Shown here piece after piece: positions 49,256 to 59,523 of a stretch of 64,000 nt of DNA. Each line of letters starts with the position of its first letter. Position 1 is the stretch's first letter. Location of the stretch: assembly GCA_027486255.1 (NCBI GenBank), contig JAIXPL010000029.1:4367-68366 (forward strand). The letters run 5' to 3'. The stretch is from Comamonadaceae bacterium (lineage in GTDB: Bacteria > Pseudomonadota > Gammaproteobacteria > Burkholderiales > Burkholderiaceae_C). The position numbers and the translations under genes are program-made. The notes beneath the pieces are model-generated. The model did no database searches, was not told where the DNA came from, and saw only the letters and a program-made list of their open reading frames with translations.

Positions 49256-51442
49256 ATGACGCCTAAAAACGACATTCGGCTGCTTCGCATCAATTACCTG
49301 CGGGGGCCCAACATCTGGACCTACCGTCCGGCGCTGGAAGTCTGGCTCGATCTCGGAGAACTCGAGGATTATCCGTCCAACCTCCTGCCCGGTCTCACTG
49401 ATCGCCTGTTGGCTCTGATGCCCAACCTGATGGAGCACCACTGCGGTGTGGGTGAACGCGGCGGCTTTGTGCAGCGCCTGCGCGAAGGCACCTGGGCCGG
49501 TCACATCCTGGAACATGTGGTCATTGAACTGCTCAACCTGGCCTGCATGCCCACGGGCTTCGGTCAGACCCGGAGCACCTCGCAGCATGGCGTCTACCGC
49601 ATGGTGTTCCGTGCCCGTGACGAGCAGGTGGCCCGCGTGGCCTTGGCGCAGGGCCACGCCCTGCTGATGGCGGCCATCAACGACCTGCCCTTCGACGTCA
49701 AGGCCGCCGTGGATGCGGTGCGGCTGAAGGTCGACGACTGCTACCTCGGCCCCAGCACGGCCGCCATCGTGGAGGCCGCCGCCGACCGCCGCATTCCACA
49801 CATTCGCCTGACCAGTGGCAATCTGGTGCAGCTGGGCTACGGTGCCCGTCAGCGCCGCATCTGGACCGCCGAAACCGACCGCACCAGCGCCATTGGCCAG
49901 GCCATTGCCGGCGACAAGAACCTCACCAAAGAACTGCTGTCCTCCTGTGGCGTGCCCGTGCCCGCAGGCCAGGTGGTGCACTCACCGGCCGAGGCCTGGG
50001 AAGTAGCCCAGGACCTGGGTCTGCCAGTGGTGGTCAAACCCACCGACGCCAACCATGGCCGGGGCGTCTCCCTGGAGCTGGAGTCCCAGGCCGACATCGA
50101 AACCGCTTTTGGCATTGCCGAGGCCGAAGGCAGCGATGTCATCGTTGAGCGCTACATCCGCGGCGACGAGCACCGCCTGCTGGTGGTGGGCGGTAAGTTG
50201 GTGGCGGGGGCCCGGGGCGAGAGCCTGTGGATCACCGGTAACGGCCGCAGCACGGTGGCCCAGCTGATCGACAGCCAGCTCAACACCGATCCGCGCCGGG
50301 GCGAAACCGAAGACCTGCCGCTGGAGACCATTCGCCTCGATCGCGAACCCGCCATGCGCCTGCTGCTCCAGCGCCAGGGCCTGGAAGGCGGCTCCGTCCC
50401 CGAAGCCGGCCGGCGCATTTTGGTCCAGCGCAACGGCAACATGGCTTTTGACTGTACCCATGAGATTCATCCCGAGGTGGCCGCGATGGCCGTGCTGGCC
50501 GCCAAGGTGGTGGGCCTGGACATCGCGGGCATCGATCTCGTAGCCCAAGACATCAGCCGGCCGCTGGAAGCCCAGCGCGGCGCGGTGGTCGAGGTCAATG
50601 CCGGCCCCGGCTTGCTGATGCACCTCAAGCCCGCCACCGGCACACCCCAGCCGGTGGGTCGCGCCATCGTGGACCACCTGTTCGCCGATCACGAGACTGG
50701 CCGCATTCCCATCGTGGGCGTGGCAGGCACCCGCCAGACCCACGTCACCGCCCGCCTGGTGGCCTGGATGCTGCAGTTGCGCGGCACGCCCTCTGGCCTG
50801 GCCTGCCGGGACGGCCTCTTCCTGGAGAACCGCCGCATTGAAAGCGGTGACAGCGCCAACTGGCCAGCCGGCCACCGCCTGCTGATGAACCGCCGTATTG
50901 AAGCGGCCGTGGTGGAAAACGGACCACTCAGCATTCTTCGCGACGGCCTGGCCTACGACCGCTGCGACGTGGGCATCGTCACCGACCTCGATGGGGCCGA
51001 GACACTGTCCGAGCATGACATCCAGGACGCCTCCCAGATGCCCAAGGTGCTGCGCACCCAGGTCGATGTGGTGCTGGACCACGGGGTGGCCGTGCTCAAT
51101 GCGGGTGAGCCCGAAGTGGCGGCCCTGGCATCCTTGTGCGACGGCGAATCCATTCTCTACGCGGTGCAGGCGCAGGCTGCGCCGCTCTTGGCCCATCTGG
51201 AGGCCGGCGGCCGTGCCGTGCGCCTGAATGGCCGCACCGCTGAATTGCTGCAGGGCACTGGGGCTCCCCAGCATGTCGTCGAGCTGGCACGCTGGGCCTG
51301 CACGCCGGCCCGCGCAGAAGCTGTGATGGCCGCGGTGGCCGCGGCCTGGGCCCTGGGCATTGCCCCCATGCTGATCCGTGCCGGCATTGAAACCTTCCAG
51401 CCGGACCTCTCGCGCCACTGCTCCCAGAACAAGACCCACTGA
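49256..51442 (+). CDS. cphA: Cyanophycin synthetase family protein, copy 1 (truncated, degenerate Mur-ligase domain)
   Basis: LRGPNIW, LGPST..IV, ATP-grasp VVKP.D.NHG.GV, EVNAGPG; alternative ATG at 49211. Confidence 0.9.
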   Translation: MTPKNDIRLLRINYLRGPNIWTYRPALEVWLDLGELEDYPSNLLPGLTDRLLALMPNLMEHHCGVGERGGFVQRLREGTWAGHILEHVVIELLNLACMPTGFGQTRSTSQHGVYRMVFRARDEQVARVALAQGHALLMAAINDLPFDVKAAVDAVRLKVDDCYLGPSTAAIVEAAADRRIPHIRLTSGNLVQLGYGARQRRIWTAETDRTSAIGQAIAGDKNLTKELLSSCGVPVPAGQVVHSPAEAWEVAQDLGLPVVVKPTDANHGRGVSLELESQADIETAFGIAEAEGSDVIVERYIRGDEHRLLVVGGKLVAGARGESLWITGNGRSTVAQLIDSQLNTDPRRGETEDLPLETIRLDREPAMRLLLQRQGLEGGSVPEAGRRILVQRNGNMAFDCTHEIHPEVAAMAVLAAKVVGLDIAGIDLVAQDISRPLEAQRGAVVEVNAGPGLLMHLKPATGTPQPVGRAIVDHLFADHETGRIPIVGVAGTRQTHVTARLVAWMLQLRGTPSGLACRDGLFLENRRIESGDSANWPAGHRLLMNRRIEAAVVENGPLSILRDGLAYDRCDVGIVTDLDGAETLSEHDIQDASQMPKVLRTQVDVVLDHGVAVLNAGEPEVAALASLCDGESILYAVQAQAAPLLAHLEAGGRAVRLNGRTAELLQGTGAPQHVVELARWACTPARAEAVMAAVAAAWALGIAPMLIRAGIETFQPDLSRHCSQNKTH

Positions 51443-51450
51443 GCTTTGCC

Positions 51451-54012
51451 ATGAACGTCTCACGCATTCGTGCCCTGCGCGGCCCCAATTTCTGGAGCCG
51501 ACACACCGCCATCGAAGCCGTGGTGGCCTGCGAGCCTTCCGAGGCCTCCATGGCCGCCATGCCTGGCTTCGAGACCCGGCTGAGACAGCTGTTTCCCGGC
51601 ATAGGCGCGCTCCATGCCAAGGGCTCGCTCGCCCATGTGCTGGAGGCTGCCACTTTGGCGCTGCAGGCCCAGGCGGGCTGCCCGGTGACCTTCAGTCAAA
51701 CCACGGCCACACCCGATGCGGGCGTCTACCAAGTGGTGGTCGAGTACAGCGAGGAGGCGGTGGGCCGCATGGCCATCGATTGGGCCCAGCAACTGATCCA
51801 AGCCGTGCTCTCCACGGGCAGCTTTGACCTGGACGCCGCATTGGCGGCCCTGCGCGAGAAAGACGAAGACGTGCGCCTGGGCCCCAGCACCGGCTCCATC
51901 GTCACGGCCGCGGTGACCCGCAACATTCCCTACCGGCGCCTGACCGAAGGCAGCCTGGTTCAGTTTGGCTGGGGCGCCAAACAGCGCCGCATCTGGGCCG
52001 CGGAGGTGGATACCACCAGCGCGGTGTCCGAGTCGATCGCGCAGGACAAGGACCTCACCAAAAAGCTGCTGGCCGCCGCTGGCGTGCCTGTGCCCATCGG
52101 CCGCCCGGTCAAGAGCCTGGAAGAAGCCTGGCAGGTGGCCTTGGTGGTGGGCCTGCCCGTGGTGGTCAAGCCGCAAGATGGGAATCAGGGAAAAGGCGTG
52201 ACGGTGAACATCGCCACCCGCGAGCACTTGGACTGCGCCTACCGCGCCGCCGCCGAGTACGGTGAGGTGATGGTCGAGAAGTTCCTGCCCGGCAGCGACT
52301 ACCGCTTGCTGGTGGTGGGCAACCGCTTGGTGGCGGCTGCCCGCCGCGATCCGCCCCATGTGATCGGGGATGGCAAGCATTCTGTGCGCCAGCTGGTCGA
52401 GCAGATCAATGCTGACCCGCGCCGAGGAGACGGGCATGCCACCTCTCTGACCAAGATGCGGCTGGACGACATCGCCGTGGCGCGCCTGGCGGTGCAGGGC
52501 CTAGAGCCGGACTCCGTGCCCGAGAAGGGCCGCCGCGTGATCCTGCGCAACAACGCCAATCTGAGCACCGGCGGCACCGCCACCGACGTGACGGACGACG
52601 TTCATCCTGAAGTGGCGGCCTCTGCCGTGGCGGCCGCCCAGATGGTGGGTTTGCACATCTGCGGCGTCGACGTCGTCTGTGAAAGTGTGCTGCGCCCGCT
52701 GGAGGCGCAAAACGGTGGCGTGGTCGAAGTCAATGCCGCACCCGGTCTGCGCATGCACCTCACGCCCTCCTTTGGCAAGGGGCGCAACGTGGGTAAGGCC
52801 ATGATCCGCGACCTCTTTGCCCCCGGCGAGAACGGCCGCATTCCCGTGGTGGCCGTCACTGGCACCAATGGCAAGACCACGGTCACCCGGCTGATCGCTC
52901 ACCTGTTTGCCAGCACGGGCCTGCGCGTGGGCATGACCAACACCGATGGCGTGTTTGTCAACGGCCGCCAAACGGATAGTGGCGACTGCAGTGGCCCGCG
53001 CAGCGCCCGCAATGTGTTGCTGCACCCCGACGTGGACGCCGCCGTGCTGGAAACGGCCCGTGGCGGCATTCTGCGTGAAGGCCTGGGCTTTGACCGCTGC
53101 AGCACGGCTGTGGTCACCAACCTGGGCGAAGGTGACCACCTGGGCATGAACTACATCAACACCCTCGCCGAATTGGCGCAGGTCAAGGGTGTGATCGTGC
53201 AAAACGTGGCCGATGACGGCTACGCCGTCCTCAATGCCGCCGACCCCGTGGTCGCCAGGATGGCACGCATGTGCCCGGGCAAGGTCATCTACTTCGCTGC
53301 TGACCGAAACCACCCGGTCATGGCCACCCACAGCGAGCAAGGCGGGCGCATGGTGTTTGTGGACGGCGACGCCGTGGTCGTCAAAGAAGGCTCCTGGCGC
53401 GAAAGCCTGTCTCTGCGCGACATTCCGCTCACCCGCGGCGGCAGCATCGGCTTTCAGGTGGAGAACGTCATGGCCGCGGTGGCGGCCGCCTGGGCCTCCG
53501 AGCTGAGCTGGGACGCCGTCCGCCGGGGCCTGGCCAGTTTCGTGAATGATGCGCACAACGCACCGGGGCGTTTTAATGTCATGGATTACCGCGGCGCCAC
53601 CGTCATTGCCGACTACGGCCACAACCCGGACGCCATTCGCGCCCTGGTCGCCGCCATCGACACCATGCCCGCCCAGAGGCGCTCAGTCGTGATCAGTGGT
53701 GCCGGCGATCGGCGGGATGAAGACATTCGCAGCCAAACCCAGATCCTGGGCAAGGCCTTCGACGACGTGATGCTCTACCAGGACGCCGCCCAGCGCGGCC
53801 GGGCCGATGGGGAGGTGATGGCGCTGCTGCGCCAGGGTCTGAGGGGCGCAGCTCGCACCTCCTACGTGACCGAGATCCGTGGCGAATTCATCGCCATTGA
53901 CCATGCGCTCGAGCGTCTGCAGCCTGGCGATCTGTGCCTGATCCTGATCGATCAGGTGGAAGAAGCCCTGGCGTACCTGGAGTCCAAAGTCTCGCCTCTG
54001 GTCGAGGCCTGA
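51451..54012 (+). CDS. cphA: Cyanophycin synthetase, copy 2
   Basis: LRGPN, ANLSTGG, EVNAAPG, TGTNGKTT, ETARGG, DYGHN, GDR. Confidence 0.95.
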   Translation: MNVSRIRALRGPNFWSRHTAIEAVVACEPSEASMAAMPGFETRLRQLFPGIGALHAKGSLAHVLEAATLALQAQAGCPVTFSQTTATPDAGVYQVVVEYSEEAVGRMAIDWAQQLIQAVLSTGSFDLDAALAALREKDEDVRLGPSTGSIVTAAVTRNIPYRRLTEGSLVQFGWGAKQRRIWAAEVDTTSAVSESIAQDKDLTKKLLAAAGVPVPIGRPVKSLEEAWQVALVVGLPVVVKPQDGNQGKGVTVNIATREHLDCAYRAAAEYGEVMVEKFLPGSDYRLLVVGNRLVAAARRDPPHVIGDGKHSVRQLVEQINADPRRGDGHATSLTKMRLDDIAVARLAVQGLEPDSVPEKGRRVILRNNANLSTGGTATDVTDDVHPEVAASAVAAAQMVGLHICGVDVVCESVLRPLEAQNGGVVEVNAAPGLRMHLTPSFGKGRNVGKAMIRDLFAPGENGRIPVVAVTGTNGKTTVTRLIAHLFASTGLRVGMTNTDGVFVNGRQTDSGDCSGPRSARNVLLHPDVDAAVLETARGGILREGLGFDRCSTAVVTNLGEGDHLGMNYINTLAELAQVKGVIVQNVADDGYAVLNAADPVVARMARMCPGKVIYFAADRNHPVMATHSEQGGRMVFVDGDAVVVKEGSWRESLSLRDIPLTRGGSIGFQVENVMAAVAAAWASELSWDAVRRGLASFVNDAHNAPGRFNVMDYRGATVIADYGHNPDAIRALVAAIDTMPAQRRSVVISGAGDRRDEDIRSQTQILGKAFDDVMLYQDAAQRGRADGEVMALLRQGLRGAARTSYVTEIRGEFIAIDHALERLQPGDLCLILIDQVEEALAYLESKVSPLVEA

Positions 54013-54018
54013 AAAATG

Positions 54019-54038
54019 CGGCCCGGGTGACCGGGCCG
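54019..54038. terminator. Hairpin between convergent genes
   Basis: CGGCCCGG-gtga-CCGGGCCG preceded by an A-run; a second GC hairpin lies near 54053-54071. Confidence 0.55.
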
Positions 54039-54079
54039 TGATGCGCTGAACGGGGCCCCTCCATGGGGCCCTTGTCATG

Positions 54080-55054
54080 TCAGTTGCCGCGGATGTTGTT
54101 GTCCTGGGCCACTTGGCGCCACAGGGCAATCTCGGTGGCGATCAGCCGCGCGAAATCGGCTGAATTGGTGGCCTGCGGAATCACGGACTTGCCCTCGAGT
54201 TTGGCCCGCACATCCGGCATGGCCACGATGCGCGCCACCGCATCCTCCAGCTTCTTGATGATGTCAGGCGGGGTGCCCGCCGGAGCGAGCAAGCCAATCC
54301 AGAGCGAGACCTTCAGGTCGATGTCCAGCTCAGCCAGGGTTGGGACATTGGGCAGCTGCCGCAGCCGCTCGCTACTGGTGACGGCCAGCGCTTTGACCCG
54401 GCCGCTTTGCAGGCCCACCGCGGCTGGGCCCGCATCGGCCAGGGCCATGGTCACGTCGCCGGTCATGACGGCCATCACCGATTCATTGGCGCCTTTGAAG
54501 GGAATGTGCGTGAACTTGGCGCCGGTCTTGCGGTTGAACAACTCGCTGATCAGCTGGAACGAGGCCGAACTGGCAGCGTAATTGGCCTTGGCGGGGTTGG
54601 CCTTGGCCTGGGCCACCAGCTCCTGCACATTGCGGGCGGGGTTGTTGGCATTGACCAGCAGCACCAGGGGCGAGTTGCTCACCCAGGAAATCGGCGTGAA
54701 GTCGTTGGGCCCGTAAGGCAGGTTGCCGCCCAGGGCGTGGTTGAAGATCATGGGGCCAGGCGCGGACATCATGAGCGTGTAGCCGTCGGGCTTGGCCTTG
54801 GCTACAAAAGCCGAGCCGACCACGGCGCCCACGCTCGGCCGGTTCTCCACCACCACGGGCTGGCCGATCAGGGCCGGCAGTTTCTCGGCCACGATGCGGG
54901 CGGTGGTGTCCACACCGCCGCCAGCGGCATAGCCCACCACAATGGTGACCGGCTTGGCGGGCCAGGCCTGCGCCGATGCAAACTGGGGGATCAGGGCCCC
55001 CATCGCCAGGCTTGTCGAGATAAGCAAGCCATGCATGTGTTTGAAAGAAGTCAT
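54080..55054 (-). CDS. Bug/TctC substrate-binding protein
   Basis: WPAKPVTIVV.YAAGG, VENRP, HIPFKG; AGGAG RBS. Confidence 0.92.
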   Translation of the reverse strand: MTSFKHMHGLLISTSLAMGALIPQFASAQAWPAKPVTIVVGYAAGGGVDTTARIVAEKLPALIGQPVVVENRPSVGAVVGSAFVAKAKPDGYTLMMSAPGPMIFNHALGGNLPYGPNDFTPISWVSNSPLVLLVNANNPARNVQELVAQAKANPAKANYAASSASFQLISELFNRKTGAKFTHIPFKGANESVMAVMTGDVTMALADAGPAAVGLQSGRVKALAVTSSERLRQLPNVPTLAELDIDLKVSLWIGLLAPAGTPPDIIKKLEDAVARIVAMPDVRAKLEGKSVIPQATNSADFARLIATEIALWRQVAQDNNIRGN

Positions 55055-55097
55055 CCTCGTCTCCTGCTTCTGGTGTTGATCTTGATGTTGATGGTGG

Positions 55098-56825
55098 TCA
55101 CTGCAGACCGATCTGCACATTCATCACAGCGCTTTGCCCGGCATCCACTGCCGCGAGGCAGCGTGCAATGGCGTCTTCTAGCTGGGCCGGGTCGTCCACG
55201 TACTCACCGTGGGCGCCGAAGGCCTCGGCCACTTTTTCGAATCGGCGCATGCCCCCCTGCAGGCGGGCCTGGAACTCATTGGCCTTGGCGGCCTCGCCGT
55301 CGGGATACACCCGCAGCACCGCCTCCTTGACAGCCTGCCAGCCACCGTTGTCCAGCACCACGGTGAACACCGGCAGCCCATAACGCTGGGCGGTGGCGTA
55401 CACCGAGGTGGGCGTGCTGAAGTGAAAGCTGCCATCGCCCACCACATGCACCACGCGTCGGTCGGGGCAGGCCAGGCGCGCACCCAGGGCCATGCCGCCG
55501 CCAAAGCCCAGGCCACCGCCTGCACCGCAGAGCAGTGTGAGCGGCTCGCTGCGAGGGATTTGCGTGAGCACCGAGGGGGAATTGCGGATGGCCTCGTTGA
55601 CCACGATGTCATGGGCCGAGATGGCCCGGCCCAGGGCCGCGCACACGTGGGCTGCCGACACGGCCCCGCGCTCACCGGGCTCGGCGGCTGCGGTTTCCAC
55701 GGCCTTGCGGCGTGCGATGCGCGCCGGCCCCCAACTGGCGATGCGCGCAGCCACCCGTTCGTGGAAGGCCGCATCGGCACGCTGGCGCACCAGGGCGGCC
55801 AACTGGCGCAGGGCTGTGGCGCAGTCGGCCTGCATGCGCCAGTCTGTGGCGAATCCCCACATGGGAAAGTCTTGCTTGATGGGATCCACGTCGACCTGCG
55901 CCCACCAGGTGCCGGTGTCGGGCTGCACGAACTTGGGCAGCCAGGGCACGTCCACGTCGAGCAAGAGGCCCAGGTCAGCGCCTGCCAGGCCCTTGGCCGG
56001 ATCGAAACCGGCAAAACAGGGATGCGTGCGCGAGATGGCCAGGTGGCTGGGCATGAACTCCACCACGCGGATGCCGCACAGCAGGGCCAGGTCTTCCAGC
56101 GCCTTCACGGCCTCGGCCTTGCGGCCCAGGTAAGAGGTGAGCACCACCGGGGCCTGGGCCTGCATGAGGCGCTGCACCAGTTCGTCGGCGCGTTCAGGGT
56201 CCAAGCCGCCGGCGGCCACCGAACCATAGCGCTGGGCGGAAAAGGCCTGCACAGGCCCGCCCACCTCTTCGGCCAGCACCTCGCGCGGCAGGGTGAGGTA
56301 GACCGGCCCGGGTGGGTCGCTGTGCATCACCGAGTGGGCGCGGCGCAGCACCTCGGGGGCGATGCGGCTGGTGGGCAGGCTGTACTCCCATTTCACATAG
56401 GGCCGCACCAGGCTGCCGATGTCAAAGGGGTCCTGCACAAAGTGCACATAGTTGTCGCGCGAGCCGGGCAGCTCACCGCGCAGGGTGTAGGGCGCCTTGC
56501 CGGCCACCAGCATCACGGGAATACGGCCCCGGAACAGGTTGTGCATGCCCATGGCGGCATTGGCGGTGCCGGCGTCCACATGCACCATCACCGCCTGCCC
56601 ACGGCCTGTGAGCGCGGCGTAACCGGCGGCCATGTGGATGGCCACGTTTTCATGGGGACACAGAATCAGGCGCGGATAAGGCAGACCTTCGCGGTCGCGG
56701 CGGGCGATTTCCTCGATCAGGGTGACATGGTCGGTGCCGAGGTTGGCAAAGACATGCTCGATGTCCAGGTCGGCCAGGCCCTCTAGGAAGTGGTGGGCAC
56801 CGCTGCGGGCTGAAATGTCTGTCAA
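55098..56825 (-). CDS. Thiamine-diphosphate-dependent enzyme (benzoylformate decarboxylase/ALS superfamily)
   Basis: N.GTDH, HEN.A..MA.GY, GDGSF...NGG; TTG start. Confidence 0.9.
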   Translation of the reverse strand: MTDISARSGAHHFLEGLADLDIEHVFANLGTDHVTLIEEIARRDREGLPYPRLILCPHENVAIHMAAGYAALTGRGQAVMVHVDAGTANAAMGMHNLFRGRIPVMLVAGKAPYTLRGELPGSRDNYVHFVQDPFDIGSLVRPYVKWEYSLPTSRIAPEVLRRAHSVMHSDPPGPVYLTLPREVLAEEVGGPVQAFSAQRYGSVAAGGLDPERADELVQRLMQAQAPVVLTSYLGRKAEAVKALEDLALLCGIRVVEFMPSHLAISRTHPCFAGFDPAKGLAGADLGLLLDVDVPWLPKFVQPDTGTWWAQVDVDPIKQDFPMWGFATDWRMQADCATALRQLAALVRQRADAAFHERVAARIASWGPARIARRKAVETAAAEPGERGAVSAAHVCAALGRAISAHDIVVNEAIRNSPSVLTQIPRSEPLTLLCGAGGGLGFGGGMALGARLACPDRRVVHVVGDGSFHFSTPTSVYATAQRYGLPVFTVVLDNGGWQAVKEAVLRVYPDGEAAKANEFQARLQGGMRRFEKVAEAFGAHGEYVDDPAQLEDAIARCLAAVDAGQSAVMNVQIGLQ

Positions 56826-56942
56826 GAAAGGTTCACCTAAGAGGGAAAGGGCCCATAGCTTAGGAAGCTAAAGGCCGAGCGGCTACCGGGGCTTACCCGC
56901 AAGCACGGCGCTTGCAGGGCAGGCGATCAGCTGGGTCTTGCT

Positions 56943-57794
56943 TCAGTCGTCTGCAATGGTGTTGCGCAGCACACCGACCGCATCAATCTCGATCTCCACC
57001 ACGTCGCCCGGCTTCATGAACACCTGTGGGTTGCGCTTGTTGCCCACGCCACCGGGGGTGCCTGTGACGATGACATCGCCAGGCTCCAGGGGCATGACCG
57101 TGGAGATGTAGCTGATCAGGCGGGGAATGCTGTGAATCAGCATGTCGGTGGTGGCCTGTTGCATCACTTGCCCGTTGAGGCGGGTGGTCAGGGTCATGAG
57201 CTGGCCAGGCGCAATCTCGTCGGCCGAGACCATCCATGGGCCAAAGCCGCCGGTGCGCCAGAAATTTTTGCCCGCCGTCCACTGGCTGGTGGCCACCTGC
57301 CAGTCGCGGACGCTGCCGTCGTTGTAGCAGCTGTAGCCAGCGATGTGTTGCCAGCTCGCCTGCTCGGATATGCGGCGACCGCCCTGGCCGATGATGACCG
57401 CGATCTCACCTTCATAGTCCAGCCGGTGCGACTCACGGGGCCGCATGATGGCCGCACCGTGCGCCACCTGGGACGCTGCCACCCTCAGAAAAAGAGCTGG
57501 GCTCTCGGTCAATTCGCGCCCGGTCTCACGGACATGGTCGTGGTAGTTCAGGCCCACGCAAATGATCTTGCCCGGGCGGGGAATCACGGGCAGCAGCTCC
57601 ACGTCCTGCAGCTTGAGTGTGCCCTTGGCCGAGGCCGCCAGCGTACGGGCCTGGGGCAGCAGGTCGCGGGCGATCAAGCTCGCCAGGTCGGGGGCCTGTT
57701 CGCCCAGCAGTGCAGCCAGGTCGAGCACCTGGTCTTGTCCGATGAGCACCCCATACGAGGGCTTGCCTTGATGGAGGTAGCTGATGAATTTCAT
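56943..57794 (-). CDS. Fumarylacetoacetate hydrolase family protein
   Basis: KIICVGLNY..H, DYEGE, YNDGS.RD, GKN, TGTPGGVG. Confidence 0.93.
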   Translation of the reverse strand: MKFISYLHQGKPSYGVLIGQDQVLDLAALLGEQAPDLASLIARDLLPQARTLAASAKGTLKLQDVELLPVIPRPGKIICVGLNYHDHVRETGRELTESPALFLRVAASQVAHGAAIMRPRESHRLDYEGEIAVIIGQGGRRISEQASWQHIAGYSCYNDGSVRDWQVATSQWTAGKNFWRTGGFGPWMVSADEIAPGQLMTLTTRLNGQVMQQATTDMLIHSIPRLISYISTVMPLEPGDVIVTGTPGGVGNKRNPQVFMKPGDVVEIEIDAVGVLRNTIADD

Positions 57795-57829
57795 AAAGTC
57801 TCTTGGTGAGGTAGAAAAAAACAAGTCTC

Positions 57830-58387
57830 TCAGGACTGACCCATGCGCCTGGCCATGTCCGCCATCCACTGGCTGCGGTCTTGAAAGCGGGGGCGGCTGC
57901 GGGCCAGGGCCTCGGCCTGCGCCATGAGCTCCTCGTCTGGCAGGTCGAGGTCGACCGGCTCACGCAAGGGTTGTTCGCAGTACCAGGGGGTGTCCATGAA
58001 CACCTCCAGGCGGTTGCCTTCCGGGTCGCGGAAATAGATCGACATGGCATTGCCATGTGTCACACAGGCCAGGTCGCTGGCATCGGGATGGGCCAGCACC
58101 CTGCGGCGCACCTCCCGCAAGGTTTGGAGGTCTTGAACGCGCAAGGAGATCTGGTTGATCAGGTTAAAAGCCAGGTCAGAAGGTCGGCCCGAGACCAGCA
58201 CCAACTGGTGGTGCTCCGACGGATCCCGGCTGAGAAACACCAGTTGGGCCGTGCCCAGCAGTCCCCTGTCAGTTTCGGTGAAGGCCAGCACCTCTTTGTA
58301 GAAGCCGGCCATGCGTTCGGGCTCGCACACAAACATGCCCATGTGGCTGAAGGTCAGCGCACCAGCGCGGCGCAGCAGGTCAGTCAT
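57830..58387 (-). CDS. VOC (glyoxalase/extradiol dioxygenase) family protein
   Basis: SH.G.FV, EHHQLVL, HGNA.SIYFRDPEGNRLE. Confidence 0.88.
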   Translation of the reverse strand: MTDLLRRAGALTFSHMGMFVCEPERMAGFYKEVLAFTETDRGLLGTAQLVFLSRDPSEHHQLVLVSGRPSDLAFNLINQISLRVQDLQTLREVRRRVLAHPDASDLACVTHGNAMSIYFRDPEGNRLEVFMDTPWYCEQPLREPVDLDLPDEELMAQAEALARSRPRFQDRSQWMADMARRMGQS

Positions 58388-58502
58388 GCGATCGTCCTCA
58401 AGAGGGGGCCATTGAATCGGGCGCATCTTAGCTGCGACATCCCGCCTCAGGGTTTGCCCGTGGCGTGGGTCTGAACGAGCTGAAGCGAGAAGAACTGCGG
58501 CA

Positions 58503-58519
58503 TGATTTGCAACAAATCA
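58503..58519. promoter_or_regulatory. Inverted-repeat operator between divergent VOC and Bug genes
   Basis: TGATTTG-caa-CAAATCA. Confidence 0.5.
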
Positions 58520-58536
58520 GCCCACATGGAGACAAG

Positions 58537-59511
58537 ATGACCTCAACGATTTCACGACGCAACACGCTTTTTCTGGGCCTGGGCGCCCTGGCCGGTCTGC
58601 CCGCCCTGGCTCAGTCAGGTGCATGGCGCCCTGACAAACCGATCAAACTGCTGGTGGGCTTTGCACCCGGCGGCAGCTCTGACACCGTGGCCCGCCTGGT
58701 GGCCCCTAAATTGGCAGAACTGCTGGGTCAGCCGGTGATGGTGGAAAACAGGGCGGGGGCGGGCGGCGCACTGGCCGCCGATGCCGTGGCCAAGTCGCCC
58801 GGTGACGGCCTGACCTGGCTGCTGGCCCCCAGTGGCCACTCGACCATGGCCGCCATGCGCAAGAGCCTGCCTTTCAGGCCTGTGACCGATTTCGCGTGGA
58901 CCACGACACTGACCACCTACCCCATGGTGATTGCCGTGGCGCCCAACTCGCCGATACGCAGCATGGCCGACGTGATCGAGACCGCGCGCAAACGCCCCTT
59001 GAGCTTTTCTTCCGTGGGCGTGGGTACCGCGCACCACTTGCTGGGCGAGTGGATCAACTCGGAGCAAAACATTCAGATGCTGCACGTGCCCTTCAAGGGC
59101 GGCACGGCAGCGGCCACCGAGGTGATAGCCGGCCGAGTGGACATCCTGATTGAGACCATGACCGCCGCCCTGCCCTTTGTGCAGTCAGGGCAGTTGCGGG
59201 CGGTGGCCGTGAGCACGGCCACTCCAGTGGCTGTGCTGCCGGGCGTTCCGACCGTCAGCGCTGTCATCCCTTCCCTGCAGTACGAGTCTTGGCTGGGTGT
59301 GACGCTGCCCGGCACCACGCCCCCGGCCATTGTGAACAGCCTCAACGCCGCCATTCGCACCACCCTAGCCGACCCCGCCATCGCCAAACGTCTGGCCGAT
59401 CTGGGCGGTGCTGCGGCACCGAGCACCCCCGAGGCCTTCCGGGCACGCGTAGAGAGTGAAATTGCACGCTTTACCCGGGTGGTGGAGAGCCGGAAAATCG
59501 AGCGGGAATAG
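58537..59511 (+). CDS. Bug/TctC substrate-binding protein with a Tat-like signal
   Basis: SRRNTL, DKPIKLLVGFAPGG, VENRAGAGG, HVPFKG. Confidence 0.92.
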   Translation: MTSTISRRNTLFLGLGALAGLPALAQSGAWRPDKPIKLLVGFAPGGSSDTVARLVAPKLAELLGQPVMVENRAGAGGALAADAVAKSPGDGLTWLLAPSGHSTMAAMRKSLPFRPVTDFAWTTTLTTYPMVIAVAPNSPIRSMADVIETARKRPLSFSSVGVGTAHHLLGEWINSEQNIQMLHVPFKGGTAAATEVIAGRVDILIETMTAALPFVQSGQLRAVAVSTATPVAVLPGVPTVSAVIPSLQYESWLGVTLPGTTPPAIVNSLNAAIRTTLADPAIAKRLADLGGAAAPSTPEAFRARVESEIARFTRVVESRKIERE

Positions 59512-59523
59512 TCGGAATTCAGC

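Noticed and set aside
49112-49981. N-terminal ~290 aa of the 1055-aa minus-strand ORF
   Set aside because: Mostly the antisense shadow of cphA copy 1; the ABC protein plausibly starts at ATG 49111.
55070-55100. CATCAA-like hexamer run (HHQHQDQHQ in the extended ORF)
   Set aside because: It lies upstream of the RBS-supported start at 55054 and is short and imperfect.
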